NCBI GenBank assembly: GCA_002633005.1
Contig: NMRA01000055.1
Coordinates: 733,881 to 797,880 of the forward strand
Length of the DNA: 64,000 bases
Origin: Phoronis australis
Lineage: Eukaryota; Animalia; Phoronida
Reading direction: 5' to 3'
The notes beneath the pieces were generated by a model that worked only from the letters and a program-made list of their open reading frames with translations, searched no databases and was not told where the DNA came from. Below, in pieces: positions 21,901 to 33,554 of the stretch. Within the stretch, counting starts at the first letter, position 1. Each line of letters opens with the position of its first letter. The translations under genes and the position numbers were made by a program.

Positions 21901-24900
21901 ACAGGTGTCGTTTGTAGTCATTTCATGTTAACTACTAAAAACGCTAACCTGCCAATTTCTTTCCTACCTGTACTACAGATGCAAACTCTTTGCCATTGGG
22001 CGGTGTTTCCTGGATCAGCTTGTAGACTGTGTCTGTTGTGTTCTTCACCCATGTGTTCTGGTCTTCGGTCATAGTGTAGCTGGAGCTAAGGGATACATAG
22101 TAACAGTTAGGGGCATTGTAGCTGCAAATATTGTACTCACCCTGTATCGCACTTCTGACTGATTTTCTGTTTACCCTGTAGTTCTTTGATGGTTTGTTGT
22201 TTACAGTGCAGAGTCTTCATATTTTGTTNTGAACATATTGCACTCTGTTCACTGGCAATATGGGCTTTATTGTATTGGGATAAGTTAGGATATATGCCAA
22301 TTGCCTTTTTTTTAGTTTTGACGGCTGAAGTAACCAACCTGTCAACATAAACAGGTCAAAAAATACCACCCATTTTTAATGCATCACTTCTTACAGGAAT
22401 GACCACCCATAATTTGAGTTTTTTTCTGAAGACCACCACCCATGAATTTTTATTTCTACTGCCGTCCCCCCCCTCCCACACGGATTTTACTGGAACAGCC
22501 CTCTTTGTATAAAAGCCCTTTCTGTATATTTTATGCCTTTGTCATAGTCTTCATATTTTGTTACATAGTAATATAGAATTTGTTAAATGCACGACACTTT
22601 TCATTGTTCACAGTCTTTATTCCGTTGCGTTCATACTTTCATACTCTCAACTGAACATAGATACAGTAACTGACCTAGCGACATAATTAAAAGACACGCG
22701 ATATTTCAAAACATACTTGTTTCATTCTCAAGTGAAGACATAGTAATATACCTACAAGTAATCTAAAGGCTGCTACTACTGCAGTCACGCACAAACGTCA
22801 ACGCGTAACTCACAACATCGCAATTTTTATGAAAAACAAACGAACACACAGCAAGCTTGATGAGTATTACCGTCCCCTGTTCTGACTTGTGCAGTAATTG
22901 GTATGTTTACCAACCCTAGTCAGTTGTGCATGTGAGAAAGTCTAGTGACGAAGTATTGTACCATGACTGCGCCATCTATTTTCTAAATTTGTATACATCG
23001 TAACACTTGACTATAGTATATGCTGTATCTATTAAGGTCTACTATCCAGGACTATTGTAATTCTTACTGTTTGACCTCTTTCGTATGTAGATTAGGTGTG
23101 CCCGTGTACCTGGGAGTGTTTTCAAGCTCCTTTCCTCACTTGAGCTTTTGACATGAATGTAGAAAGATGTTTTGTACATGTTGCGATATTATTGACACCC
23201 ATGAAGTTTCAATGATTGATGTGCATATCAGGAACTATATATACACATCTATATTCAGTGTAACTTGTTATTATGAAATATCCACAATTACAAGTATGTT
23301 ATTACAGGTACATTGAGCTGCAGGTGTTTAGCAACCATGAAGAAAGTAGTGTCATCTGGTGGCAGAGCATTCACCTACCAATCCAGAGATAGCGGGTTTG
23401 ACTCCTATCAAACCACACTACCTGACCCTTGACCCTTGAGGACGATCTCTGGCCTCGGCACACTTATGTTGTATGTGCATGCATGTGTGATGTATGTTTA
23501 ACTTGTTTATAATTGATGACACATAGTATTTATTGATTGATGATATAAAATTCTGTAAAGATGTCATGCAAATAAATAACACTATAAAACATATTCAAAT
23601 CTTAATTTCCTCCCTAATTGAACACTCCATGTAGCCATGCAGTGATTTTTTAAGAGCCAGTGACTTTTGTTTTATACCAGGCTGGTAAGATTGCGTACTC
23701 GTTAAACACAAGTGAGATCCTGCAGGGGTCACATGATCATATTAAGAAGTACATACCTTTTGAATTTAACCGTTGCGTGTAAATACTGGAACAGGATTAG
23801 AAATTGAACGAGGACGTATCGTCGAAAGTTGGTGTCACTGAGTTGAAGATCAAGAAGCTGAAATTGTAGAAATTCAAATTGACAAACAAAAGAGCAGTCA
23901 ACCATCTTCAACACAAACCTCCCAGTTTCGTGACAATTACGTAAAATAAAGACAGAGAAACACATTTTACACACATTACACTCGTATAATCACATTACAC
24001 TGAAGATGTAAAGTTCATCCAGAGGCGCCTTCAGTTGCGCCAGTCACTCATGAATGAAAGCAAATGGAGACCAGTCACGTGATTTTTATAAAGCATGATA
24101 TCCCGCTTAGACTAACGTGAACCAGTTAATCATACAAGATATTTGGCATACCGAACCCATACACCTCATACACGAAATACTAACGGTTCATTCGCGTACA
24201 CTTTATATACAAATAGTACTCACAGCTAATTTCAGTGATGTTCTGGCACACTGTCTCATGCCACAGCGCATGCTATGCTAGCTTAGCAGCTGGTGCCATC
24301 TTCAAGAACACCAACTGTATGATAACGAACTTTTCAGCGGCTATACACCCTCATTCCGTCCAAAAAACGAACTTTTAATTTAGGCCAGTTATCGATGATA
24401 ACAAAATTGACCTCAATTTGTCCCTTTAGCAGAATGCTGATAAGTGATTTCTGGACTTGCAAAGAACTGACACTTCATTATTCCAAAAAGAATGACAAAC
24501 ATTTTACAAATTTAAAGCACATACCTTTTCACTTGTTAAATACTTAGCAAAGTAGGCATGAGCTTCGGCGGACTGGCGCAGTTTTTCCAACTTCCTCTGC
24601 GATGACGACACATCATCGAGTTTGTAACTTTTGAAGGCCTTTAAGACTTCTTCAGAATTCTGCCAGACAGCAACATAAGTCTGAGACATAGCTCGTCACA
24701 ATTGCACTGTTCTAATGTACACAAGTGGAAGGTACCAATAACAGGGCTAGCAATGACCAATAACAAAAAAGGAAAATTTTCCACGTGACGTATGGCTCTA
24801 CAAATAAGTATACTTGGTGTGATAAAAAATATCTTTTTGTAAAATTTCGCTACAAGAAACATATTTTTGCATGAAAAAAGTAAAAAAATAATGAAAAAAG

Positions 24901-27900
24901 AGGCGAAATAAAAAATGAAACTGGAAATCTAATAAGAGGAAATGAAAACCAACAAAGAAGAAATCCTCTTAAAGGAGGAAAATTACAAGCTTCGATACAA
25001 AACTTTTCATTGACACCATCTCCACTTTATGAAGTGTTATCATTTACCGTTTTTTGTAAACAAAATAAGACAAAAAGTTCAACTTAAGGCTGACCATTAT
25101 TCCACCGAGTGTCTTCTACTCCTGAAGCTTAAAATAATGACTTGCTACGAGCAACTTGTTCAATTCAAAATGACAGACAAAATAGTATGTGGAAGTTTTT
25201 GGATGTCGTAGTGCAAAGTCACCACCAAAAAAACGAATCCCACGATTCAATCCTCTTGAGGGCTGTTCCAGCAAAATCTGTATGGGAGAGGGGAAGGCAC
25301 TTTTATTTCGTACCCACCGCCCATATTTTTCATTTATTTCTCCAACCCATGACCCATAATTTTTTAAGTATTTTTAATAGGTTAAAATATAAAATTTTTA
25401 TTTCTACTGCCGTCCCCCCCTCCCACACGGATTTTACTGGAACAGCCCTTAACGGGATTGAAAGTGAAATCACCCAGTTTTGTAAAGCAATCCTCTCTTT
25501 ATCTCACAACACACTGATCTTTTAACATTCAACATCGACATGGATCCTACTGATAGGCAGGAAATGAAGCTTTCAATTTAAACGCAGTGTATCTGCGACA
25601 TCGTACCTGGACAAACGCTCTCCAGTTGACCTTTTCGTAACACTGGATTGGCTTACGGAAATAGTCCTGTAGTGACCAGAACCGCCGGTACAGGTTATAG
25701 TCTATAGGAATGGAGCTGTAAACAGACAAGGATTACAAAGACCTCAAAATTTCATAAGAATTACGTGTATTGTACTTGCCGATAAATATGATAAAAATTC
25801 TCCTGATTTGGGATACTGTAATTCAAGTCAAAATTGAATTTCTTGATTCTGAAGTTTGAGTGAAACATGGAAGACTTTCCCAGTAATCACCATCATACTT
25901 CTCAAATATCAGACATTGCGATTTGTATTGACAAAATTTGAAAATAGACTTAATTGTTCATAAAATTTACAAAAACAGGCGCCTATGCAAATGCAACATT
26001 TTCATACGTTCCCATAGTGCATAACATAGAGGTAAACGAGCGTTTGTCCAAGATCTCTATTCTTGAATTTGAGACAGCAGATATTCCCTATTTCCAAAAC
26101 TGCCCGAAACTGGAGAACTTTTACCGTAATCAAATTTCATATTCACTAAGAGTGATTCCTGAGAGTACGCAACATCAATAGTCACATCCTTGTAAGACAC
26201 GACTTGAATGAAACATCAAACACCACAAAGGAAATTTTAAAACCAGAAGCAGCTAATACAAACTGACTGTAACGTTTAAAGAAAGAAAACAAAAACCAGC
26301 AATAGTCACATACATGAGCCCAGATTTTGAGAACCAGTTTGATGCCACTTATTCAGTGGAGAAAACTGGTTCTCAAATGTGGAACCCCTGTAAGTGAGTA
26401 CCACCCAAAAACCACAAGAATTTCGAGAACAGAATCAACCATATTTATTAACGACTAAGATGTGGCAACATTCACCTGGAGAGGTCCGACATTTCACCCT
26501 CTTCCATACTTTCATCCAACTTTTCGTCAACCTGAAAAAACAATAAGGTACATACAGGAAACATTTTCGATGTGTCGCAAAACATTGAGTTGAAAATTTA
26601 ACACTTAATACATGGATTTCATATAATTACAAATTCAGCACAGCACATGACTTAGAAAGCACAACTGGGCCAAATAAAAAATAATTGACCGACCAGTCGG
26701 GCAAAAATTCTTGTCCTGTGCTGTATATGACAACCAGCCACAAAGTTATATGTGACTGATCAAAGCGTGCAGACAGCTTAACTAATGAAACTTTCCTACA
26801 CTTCCAAGGATTAATACACGAGTCTGCACTTACACTAGATTTCCTAAACATCTCGTCACTAGCGCTGGTGCTGAACACAGTCAGGTTGTCATAGTTGAAG
26901 TTGCTCATCAGGTTGAGCCCCGATTTTTCGTCCAACGGGAACAGCCTGGCCAGAAACAGTTGTATGCGGCCACAGAATACAGTGTTCTGAGATTTAGATA
27001 GTCGGCGAAGCAGATCTGTAAGAGAAGAATGCATATGAGCGGATAGTGCAAATGGGGAGATTGGCGACACTAGTCACATGCCCTACTTGTATAAATCCAT
27101 GCATAAGGGCAGTCACATGGGATTCCTATGCCCCTCATGAAGATGAACAGCTTTCTATTCACATGAAATTATTTTTCTATCTCCATAAAAACAAGAGTTC
27201 CATCCAGAGTTGGCCTACTAGCATTGCAGCCATTAAAATGGACATTGCAGGCTAATTCCTTATCTCTGAGATTGCATGGCAAAATTAGTTAGAAACACAA
27301 CATATAGCGATGATGTGAATATGAAGTACACTGAAAGTTGCTAAATGTTTTTAAGAACAAGTTTTGTGGTGAAAATGATCCGTCGCAAATCACTGAACCA
27401 TGACCAGAAACTATCGGGGAACGGTGCTGGGAAATGACACTGCGTGATGCGGGCTATGTGAGCCCGCGCGGTACATCATTTGTGCAAAGGTCACCCTATT
27501 TGTAGATGACGTTTTGTTTTCACATTTACAAATTGTCAGTGTATACAACTGCACTTTGTTTAGCATTGTCCTTTAGTTCCTGCTATACCTTAACATAGTT
27601 AGGAGCATGCCAGTAGGTCTTTAAAATGGCAAAAGAATACGTATCACAAATGGTTACATTCTTGTTTTCTGTTATAAGTGCACAGCACACTTACCATTTG
27701 ACATTCTCAACAAGTAGTTTTTTCCAGCATTGTAAAAAGTCTCCTATAAAAATAAGTAAACATTATTACTGTTAAAAGTGTGGTCAATTCAGAGCACTTC
27801 TCAGCGAAAGTTTACATTAAATCCAGTTATCGTAATACAGACAAGTTTCAGAGCACCCAACTGGCAGAAATATAACAATAAATAAGAAACAAAACACGCC

Positions 27901-30900
27901 TGTATGCTCCTCGAAACTACACAAAACCTTTGACAGGTGAGACAATTACCATGGCATAACATTACACAAGAACAAGGAGAGAAGACAGAGAATCATGCTA
28001 GACTTACAGACTTCCAACTGGAGACATTGTCTTCCACAAAGGAGAACACCTGGTCACAGTTATCCAGTGTGGATGTGTCAAAGATGTCGGACAACAGGAG
28101 AAATGGCGTGGAATGGGAGCACAGATCTGGAAATAAACATCTGGCTTTACATTTTAAAGAAAATCTAGTCAGGAAATTTTGGTTTGATCATAATTTTTCA
28201 TAAAAGATTTTTTATGTGTATTCATATCAATCATTTCTACGCATTTATATGAATGGTATGATAAGATACAGATGGTTGTAAAGAATTTATATTAACAGTT
28301 GTTTCAATAATTTATCACGCATCGGTTGCAAAAGGCTTTCCATGGGTGATGATCAGAATGACCATTTGATCATTCATTATCAGCCTGATATGCATTCATC
28401 TCAAATAAAATGGAGGTGAATAGTAATGTTTGAATGGTAATACGAGATCAAACTTAAAACAAACACCACTGATTTCACACCCAATGCAAATCTATAGTAG
28501 AGTGAGACCAAATTTGTAAACACGCAATACTCACTTCACATTTCACGCCAAAGAATCCATGACTCAAAATGACTACATGACAAAATTCTGATTTGAACAC
28601 CCAGTGTTAACAGTAAGAGGCGGAATCATCAGGCAAGTTCGAGGCAACTTTAACCTGATTCAATTACAATACAAGTGTTTATATTATTACATTTTTGCTT
28701 TACAGAAGTTACTGGCAGGACAACAAAACTTTTGTTAAAAATGTTGTTTCCAGTGAGCAACCCTTTAAGCGAAAAATAAAAATCACCCACTCCGTTCACC
28801 ATACTGACATAATTGATAAAATAAGAGTAAACCGAAGATCAGTCCATACCTAATGAGACAGCGTTCATGGCACACTGGACTAGGTTGGTGAAAGCAGAAC
28901 ACTTAGCACCGGGCAACTGAAAGACAAAGGGAAAACAGGTGTGTGGCAGCCACGGTCTTTGAAATAATTACATGTACTCCAATAAGATCATACTTCATTT
29001 CATTGGGGATAACAAATCCTCCTAATAGCAAAGCTTAATTTTTGGAAAAAAATAGTTTCAAGTGTGTACACAAGACCAGCCATCATTGGAGGGATGACCT
29101 GGGTCAAGAAAATGGGGTCAACTAGAGTTTTGCCTGTAAGAGCTCGTGATTGTATGTTCAGTCTTACAATGTAATTAGTGAATCAACGCCCAAATGCTCA
29201 ATACTCTTGTTGAGAGCATTACGGATAACACTAGCAAGCAAACATGTTCGCCCTCACTTCATGAATGAAGAGGTGTAACGAATCTTCGTTAACTGTATGC
29301 GCACAAAATTGACTGCTAATTAGCTATGAATACAAACCATTTATTATTGAAAAATACACGGTTTGAGAAAAACAGGGAAAAAACAAGGGGATTTATGAAC
29401 GAAGGGAACATCCCTTTTATTTTGGAGATCAAAATGGTTACCCATTCCCATCAAACTGCAGGACTCGGACACAACAGCAGTTACACTGGTAATAGTAAAT
29501 TAGAAACTGAACCTTTCCACTTCAAAGAACCATGATACAACAAAGCCAATAATTTATGCTTCTATCACAAAAATGTTAACCATTTTTAGCCAATCACATG
29601 GTCATGATAACCATTTAGTGAATAATTTTACCAGAAGGAAGCTTCACCACAGAGGCTGCAAAACATGGTGTGTGATACGAATAGTGTTCACCAAACCGAC
29701 AATTAGTATGTTCCATTCACTTACAATGAGCTCTTTGAGCACATCTCGGAAGGCTTGGTCAAAAGCTGTCTTTTTATCATTGTCACTGAAACAAAATAAA
29801 TCCCATCAGAATGAACAGGCATTGAATTACATTACCTCATTTCAAAAACTTCATACGAGATCAGCCAATGGCTGCATTTATGTATAAAAATTATAAATCC
29901 ATGGAAAGATGTAGACATCTTTTCAATGTTCCTTTTTTATTAGAGAAAGTTGACAGAAAACACGATATACTTACTGGCCGGGCACTTCCGTAAATACAGT
30001 GGTCAGGTCTGCTTCATTCAGATCGGCATCTGATTGTATCTGCTTTAGCCGAGACTAGAAAACAAAAGGGATCAGCCTAAAAATGCTGGCAATTCACAAC
30101 TCTTATGTTTTAACACCAATTTACTCAACCACCCAAATTGCAGAAAATGGATTTACAATTTACTCAATACCTGAACAAAAATAGTTTTCACAAAAGCTGA
30201 CAAGGGTAATAATTGAATATGCCATGCCCATATTTGAGAACCAGTTTGACGCCTGTTAATCAGTGGAGATAACTGGTTATCAAAATGTGGGCCAGTATAT
30301 CCAACTATTACCACTGACATGTGTAGCATCAGGTGGAGATTGCAGCATGACTCAAGGCTCCAGACAAACTAGATGCACAGTGGTACTGCGTAGAATTGCA
30401 GTTGTCATATTGACTACCAGCAAGCTGATAACTGCAATCATTTCACAAATGTCAATTGACAGATTGAGTGGCAACGGTGTTTTAAAATCGCATTTTGGTA
30501 TGAGCCAAGGATCAAACTAGTGACATCAACTAAAGAGGGCAGTGCCATAACCTGTCAAAGCCTGAGGTAAGTGAAGCACACTTTATTTAGTCTGGCTGTA
30601 GCGGGGCTTAAATTGGTGACCTGTAGCTCATCAAGGCGACCTAAGGTTTTGTTTAGACCTGGTAAAAATCCAAAATCCCTACAGTTGTGTGCACAACTGA
30701 AATGGCCCAGTCATGATGCATGTAGACATGTTATGACATCTGCTATTCCTTTGAGTAAGTGCCGAGCCTGACAATACTCATAGTTATTTTCCGTTTGACT
30801 ATTTTTTCGTTTTCGACTGTCAATTGTGGAAGCTAGGACTTTAGCTCCCTCACATGTCAGATTTCTTGTTTTGGTTCATTTCCCAATTGGCGACCTGAGA

Positions 30901-31610
30901 ATTTTGTCAGGCTGTGTTTGTGGAGTTAAAATTACTGAGCATTGAACTTGAAGTTTGAGTTTTATTTTTTTATTTATTCCACTGGAAGTCCCACTGCAGA
31001 TTTTCCGCACTCCAGTCAGTAGTTAGTGAGTGTCCCCACCGATCTGTCTGTCGCCAGCAATGACACTGTCACTACTAGCATGCGTGCAACACTGTGCCCG
31101 TGTTGTGCTTCAGATTCAGCACTGCCACTGGTCAGTCTCACTCTCACTCTCGCCTCAGACTGCACAGCCACACGAGCCATTTAGCCATAGGGCCATAGGC
31201 ACTCTCATCCACATCACTGTCAAGACATCAGCCAGTCGCTGTTATATTAAAACATAACTATTTATCATTGTTTCATGACGAACGCCTGGTTAAAGGTGCA
31301 TGTATTCCGTGAGTACCGTCGTCGGTTTCAGCACAGGCACTCTTTTTAACCGATTGATAATGATACGCCGGACAAGCGGTTGTGCTTGACTTGAGCCTGT
31401 AGTTTCACTCAGGCAGGTTTTGACTTCGGCAATAAATTTCAGCTTTGAAATACTTTTGAATAAGTCAGTTGAAACAATGAAAGCTGCAAAACATCCTTAT
31501 TGCTTTTGAAAAGACACACGGTTTTACAAAAAAGAACAAACTTTATCAACAAAAGACCTTACAAAAAATGCATTTCTCTGTTCATCAAAACCGCCGATGG
31601 TCGCGGCCAT
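15910..31610 (-). CDS. THOC1: THO complex subunit 1 (Hpr1/p84N5), complete, 19 coding exons, 666 aa, with C-terminal death domain
   Basis: Exons in 5'->3' order: 31563-31610 ([16 protein letters not shown]), 29975-30054, 29725-29785, 28850-28916, 28008-28126, 27695-27743 ([11 protein letters not shown]), 26834-27015 ([28 protein letters not shown]), 26476-26531, 25607-25715 ([19 protein letters not shown]), 24525-24659 ([10 protein letters not shown]), 23757-23857 ([13 protein letters not shown]), 21968-22085, 21350-21453 ([11 protein letters not shown]), 20367-20498 ([12 protein letters not shown]), 19633-19716, 18985-19132 ([15 protein letters not shown]), 18208-18301, 17209-17414, 15910-16017 (ends TAG). 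Lengths sum to 2001 nt, all introns are GT-AG and the frame stays open. Confidence 0.96.
17814..18068 (+). mobile_element. tRNA-derived SINE, diverged copy of the 3373 family
   Basis: GGGAGGCAATGTGACCTAGTGG (A box) and GGTTCAAATCT (B box), with downstream blocks collinear with the 3373 copy. Confidence 0.65.
21475..21756. mobile_element. MITE (~280 bp) with GGG..TTTCATGA inverted termini
   Basis: Left end GGGCTCTGTTTCATGATAAGTGACTTAAGA; right end reverse complement GGGTCCATTTCATGAAAATGACTGAAGA. An inverted homolog lies at 44427-44836. Confidence 0.7.
22361..22501. mobile_element. Right-end fragment of the 25260 MITE family with a different internal sequence
   Basis: ATTTTTATTTCTACTGCCGTCCCCCC..TCCCACACGGATTTTACTGGAACAGCCC is nearly identical to 25394-25448; the interior has CCACCCAT repeats. 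Confidence 0.8.
23345..23430 (+). mobile_element. Decayed tRNA-derived SINE head
   Basis: GTGTCATCTGGTGGCAGAGCA followed by GGGTTTGACTCC, at A-box/B-box-like spacing. Confidence 0.35.
25260..25448. mobile_element. MITE (189 bp) with ~33-bp terminal inverted repeats, PIF/Harbinger-like
   Basis: Left end GGGCTGTTCCAGCAAAATCTGTATGGGAG; right end reverse complement GGGCTGTTCCAGTAAAATCCGTGTGGGAG; flanks TGA and TTA. Related partial copies at 63581-63717 and 22361-22501. Confidence 0.85.
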
Positions 31611-33528
31611 TTTTCTTGATTACGTATTGTGCAATAAGCATATTTCAATGACGTACTGCCCATGCCATGTCAGGAAATGGTTTGTAACAACTGTTTGCCT
31701 TTTCTGTGCACACTGATGACGTTTTAACAATACTAACCTCTGTTGTTGAGTGTGAGATCTGCAAAGAAAGTTGTGAATGCAATCTTTAGTTGGTAATCGT
31801 ATTTTATTCAAGTTGGCAGTGGGAATTTGCTGTTCTGAACCTGTGGAAAAGTGCGACACCGGCATCGTGGTTAGACGTCGTTATGTACGGTTCACAATCG
31901 CACAGGTCTAATATACTGCCTCCCACCCCACGTGGTGGTGTAGTCTAGGCATAGTAAACATCCAGGTTTCCAATTTCTGTGATGATTGGTAGAATACTGT
32001 AGACTTCAGGATGATTTTAGGCTTAACTACCCACCTGATGAGGGCTGAGACAAAATGATCCTCAGTGTAGCTAGTCCGGGACTCTGCCTGTGGGTTGTTT
32101 GAGTTCCGCACTCCCATCTGGAAGAACTGGGTTCAGATCCTGGCTTGGCTGACCGTCAATCGAGTGTTATACTCCTCAGACCTCCGTGTTTGTTGTGGAT
32201 GCATAGAATGGTGTAAATGAGAACCTGCTGTCTAGAACTGTGTATCCAGAATGTGATTTTCATGGACGTGCTAATATTTGAACCAAGTTTGTTTTTACTG
32301 TCATAGTCTTGCCTTTAGCTGTAGATGCTATTGCTTTCCATAACCTCCACCTCTGCCAGCGTGGATTTGTTTCATAGAGATAGTGCGCGATCTTTGCTAT
32401 TAAAGTAGGTGTTAAACTGACGTTGCCGTCAATGTATGACGTGTGTAGGGAGATATATCTGGAGAAATAAGAGGCCCACCTATTTAGAGAGTGGACTGAA
32501 AATGGGACCGCATTTGTTGAGAGCTTCCGTAAAAAGTCCCCATTTCATATTGTTTTGTTTCATAAACGCCACCCCTGTATCAACCTTTTGTAGGTATTCC
32601 TAGACAGCAGATTTTTTGCCCTTTGAAGCTGAAAAAAGTACAAAAAAAATCCATATCTGAAATGAGTTCATCTTTTGCAATAAAAAGTTAAAAAGTAAAG
32701 ATATTTTTAAAACTCTGTTAGGTTTATTTAGATGGAAAAGAACTTTTTGTAGAGTTTCAAACTCCTAAATGAACCTTTTTGTAGAGCATTTTGTTGGAAA
32801 GACACCCTTGCACAGGGAATTTGTCTTAAAAGCCACCATGTGGTAGGGAAGTTGGTGGTGAAAAAGTCAACCTTCCAAAGCAGCACGTTCTGTATACCTA
32901 TTCTATGGGTGGATCCTCCTGGGTTCTGAGCCAAGCACTGAGTTGTTTCTCCACCCTCTCTAATAGGCGTTTCAAAATTGCTGTTGTAGAGGTTGCACCG
33001 TACATGTGAAAGTAGAGCTTATGTTATGTGACCAATGTGACAAGGCATACAGTCCTATCGTCATGACTGTGTCTGTATAAGGCTTGGACAGTATGTTGTC
33101 AGCTGGGGGCAGCTGGCGGTTCAACACAGACAATCTCAACCTTAAGGGATTCAAAGGTATGTTACTCAGACAGATTTAGGAACAGAACAACAGTCACCTG
33201 TATCTCCTTCAACAGGTAACAAAAAGTTAATTTTAACGCACTTTGATAATATTTGTCGAGAAATTTGACGAAACAAAAGTTCGCTTGTCTTGCCATATTG
33301 TGTCCCCAATTAAAGAATGTTTACAAAAAAAGTTATTACACACAAGTTAAAAAGATAAAAAATTGTCAATTTTCAAGTTAATGAGACTGCTTCCTAGTCA
33401 TGGTCAGGTATGTGATGCCGTAGATTCAATGTCATTGCAGATTATGTGAAGAATATCCACACCATTGATTCAATGTCTTTGTAGATTACGTGAATAATAT
33501 CTAGGCCATTGATTCAATGTCATTGCAG
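31611..33528. promoter_or_regulatory. Shared divergent promoter/5' region of THOC1 and SLC35B3
   Basis: The two start codons are head-to-head about 1.9 kb apart. A YY1-like GCGGCCATTTT overlaps the THOC1 ATG, there are TGACGT half-CRE sites near 31649 and 31717, and a CACGTG E-box at 31929-31934. The transcription start sites cannot be determined from sequence. Confidence 0.55.
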
Positions 33529-33554
33529 ATTACATGAAGAATATACAGGCCAGT
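33423..33554 (+). repeat. 44-bp degenerate tandem repeat x3 spanning the SLC35B3 acceptor and start codon
   Basis: Units GATTCAATGTC.TTG.AGATTA..TGAA.AATAT start at 33423, 33467 and 33511. Only copy 3 carries the in-frame ATG (33534). Confidence 0.9.

Noticed and set aside
25142-25525. 127-aa ORF similar to the ORF at 63584-63817
   Set aside because: The similarity comes from the shared MITE sequence, not from a protein family.
28340-28395. C/D-box snoRNA-like GTGATGA...CTGA with an internal hairpin
   Set aside because: The boxes are only ~40 nt apart and lie antisense to the host THOC1 intron.
32060-32230. Possible decayed SINE in the THOC1/SLC35B3 interval
   Set aside because: Only a weak B-box-like GGTTCAGATCC is present, which is too degenerate to support a call.
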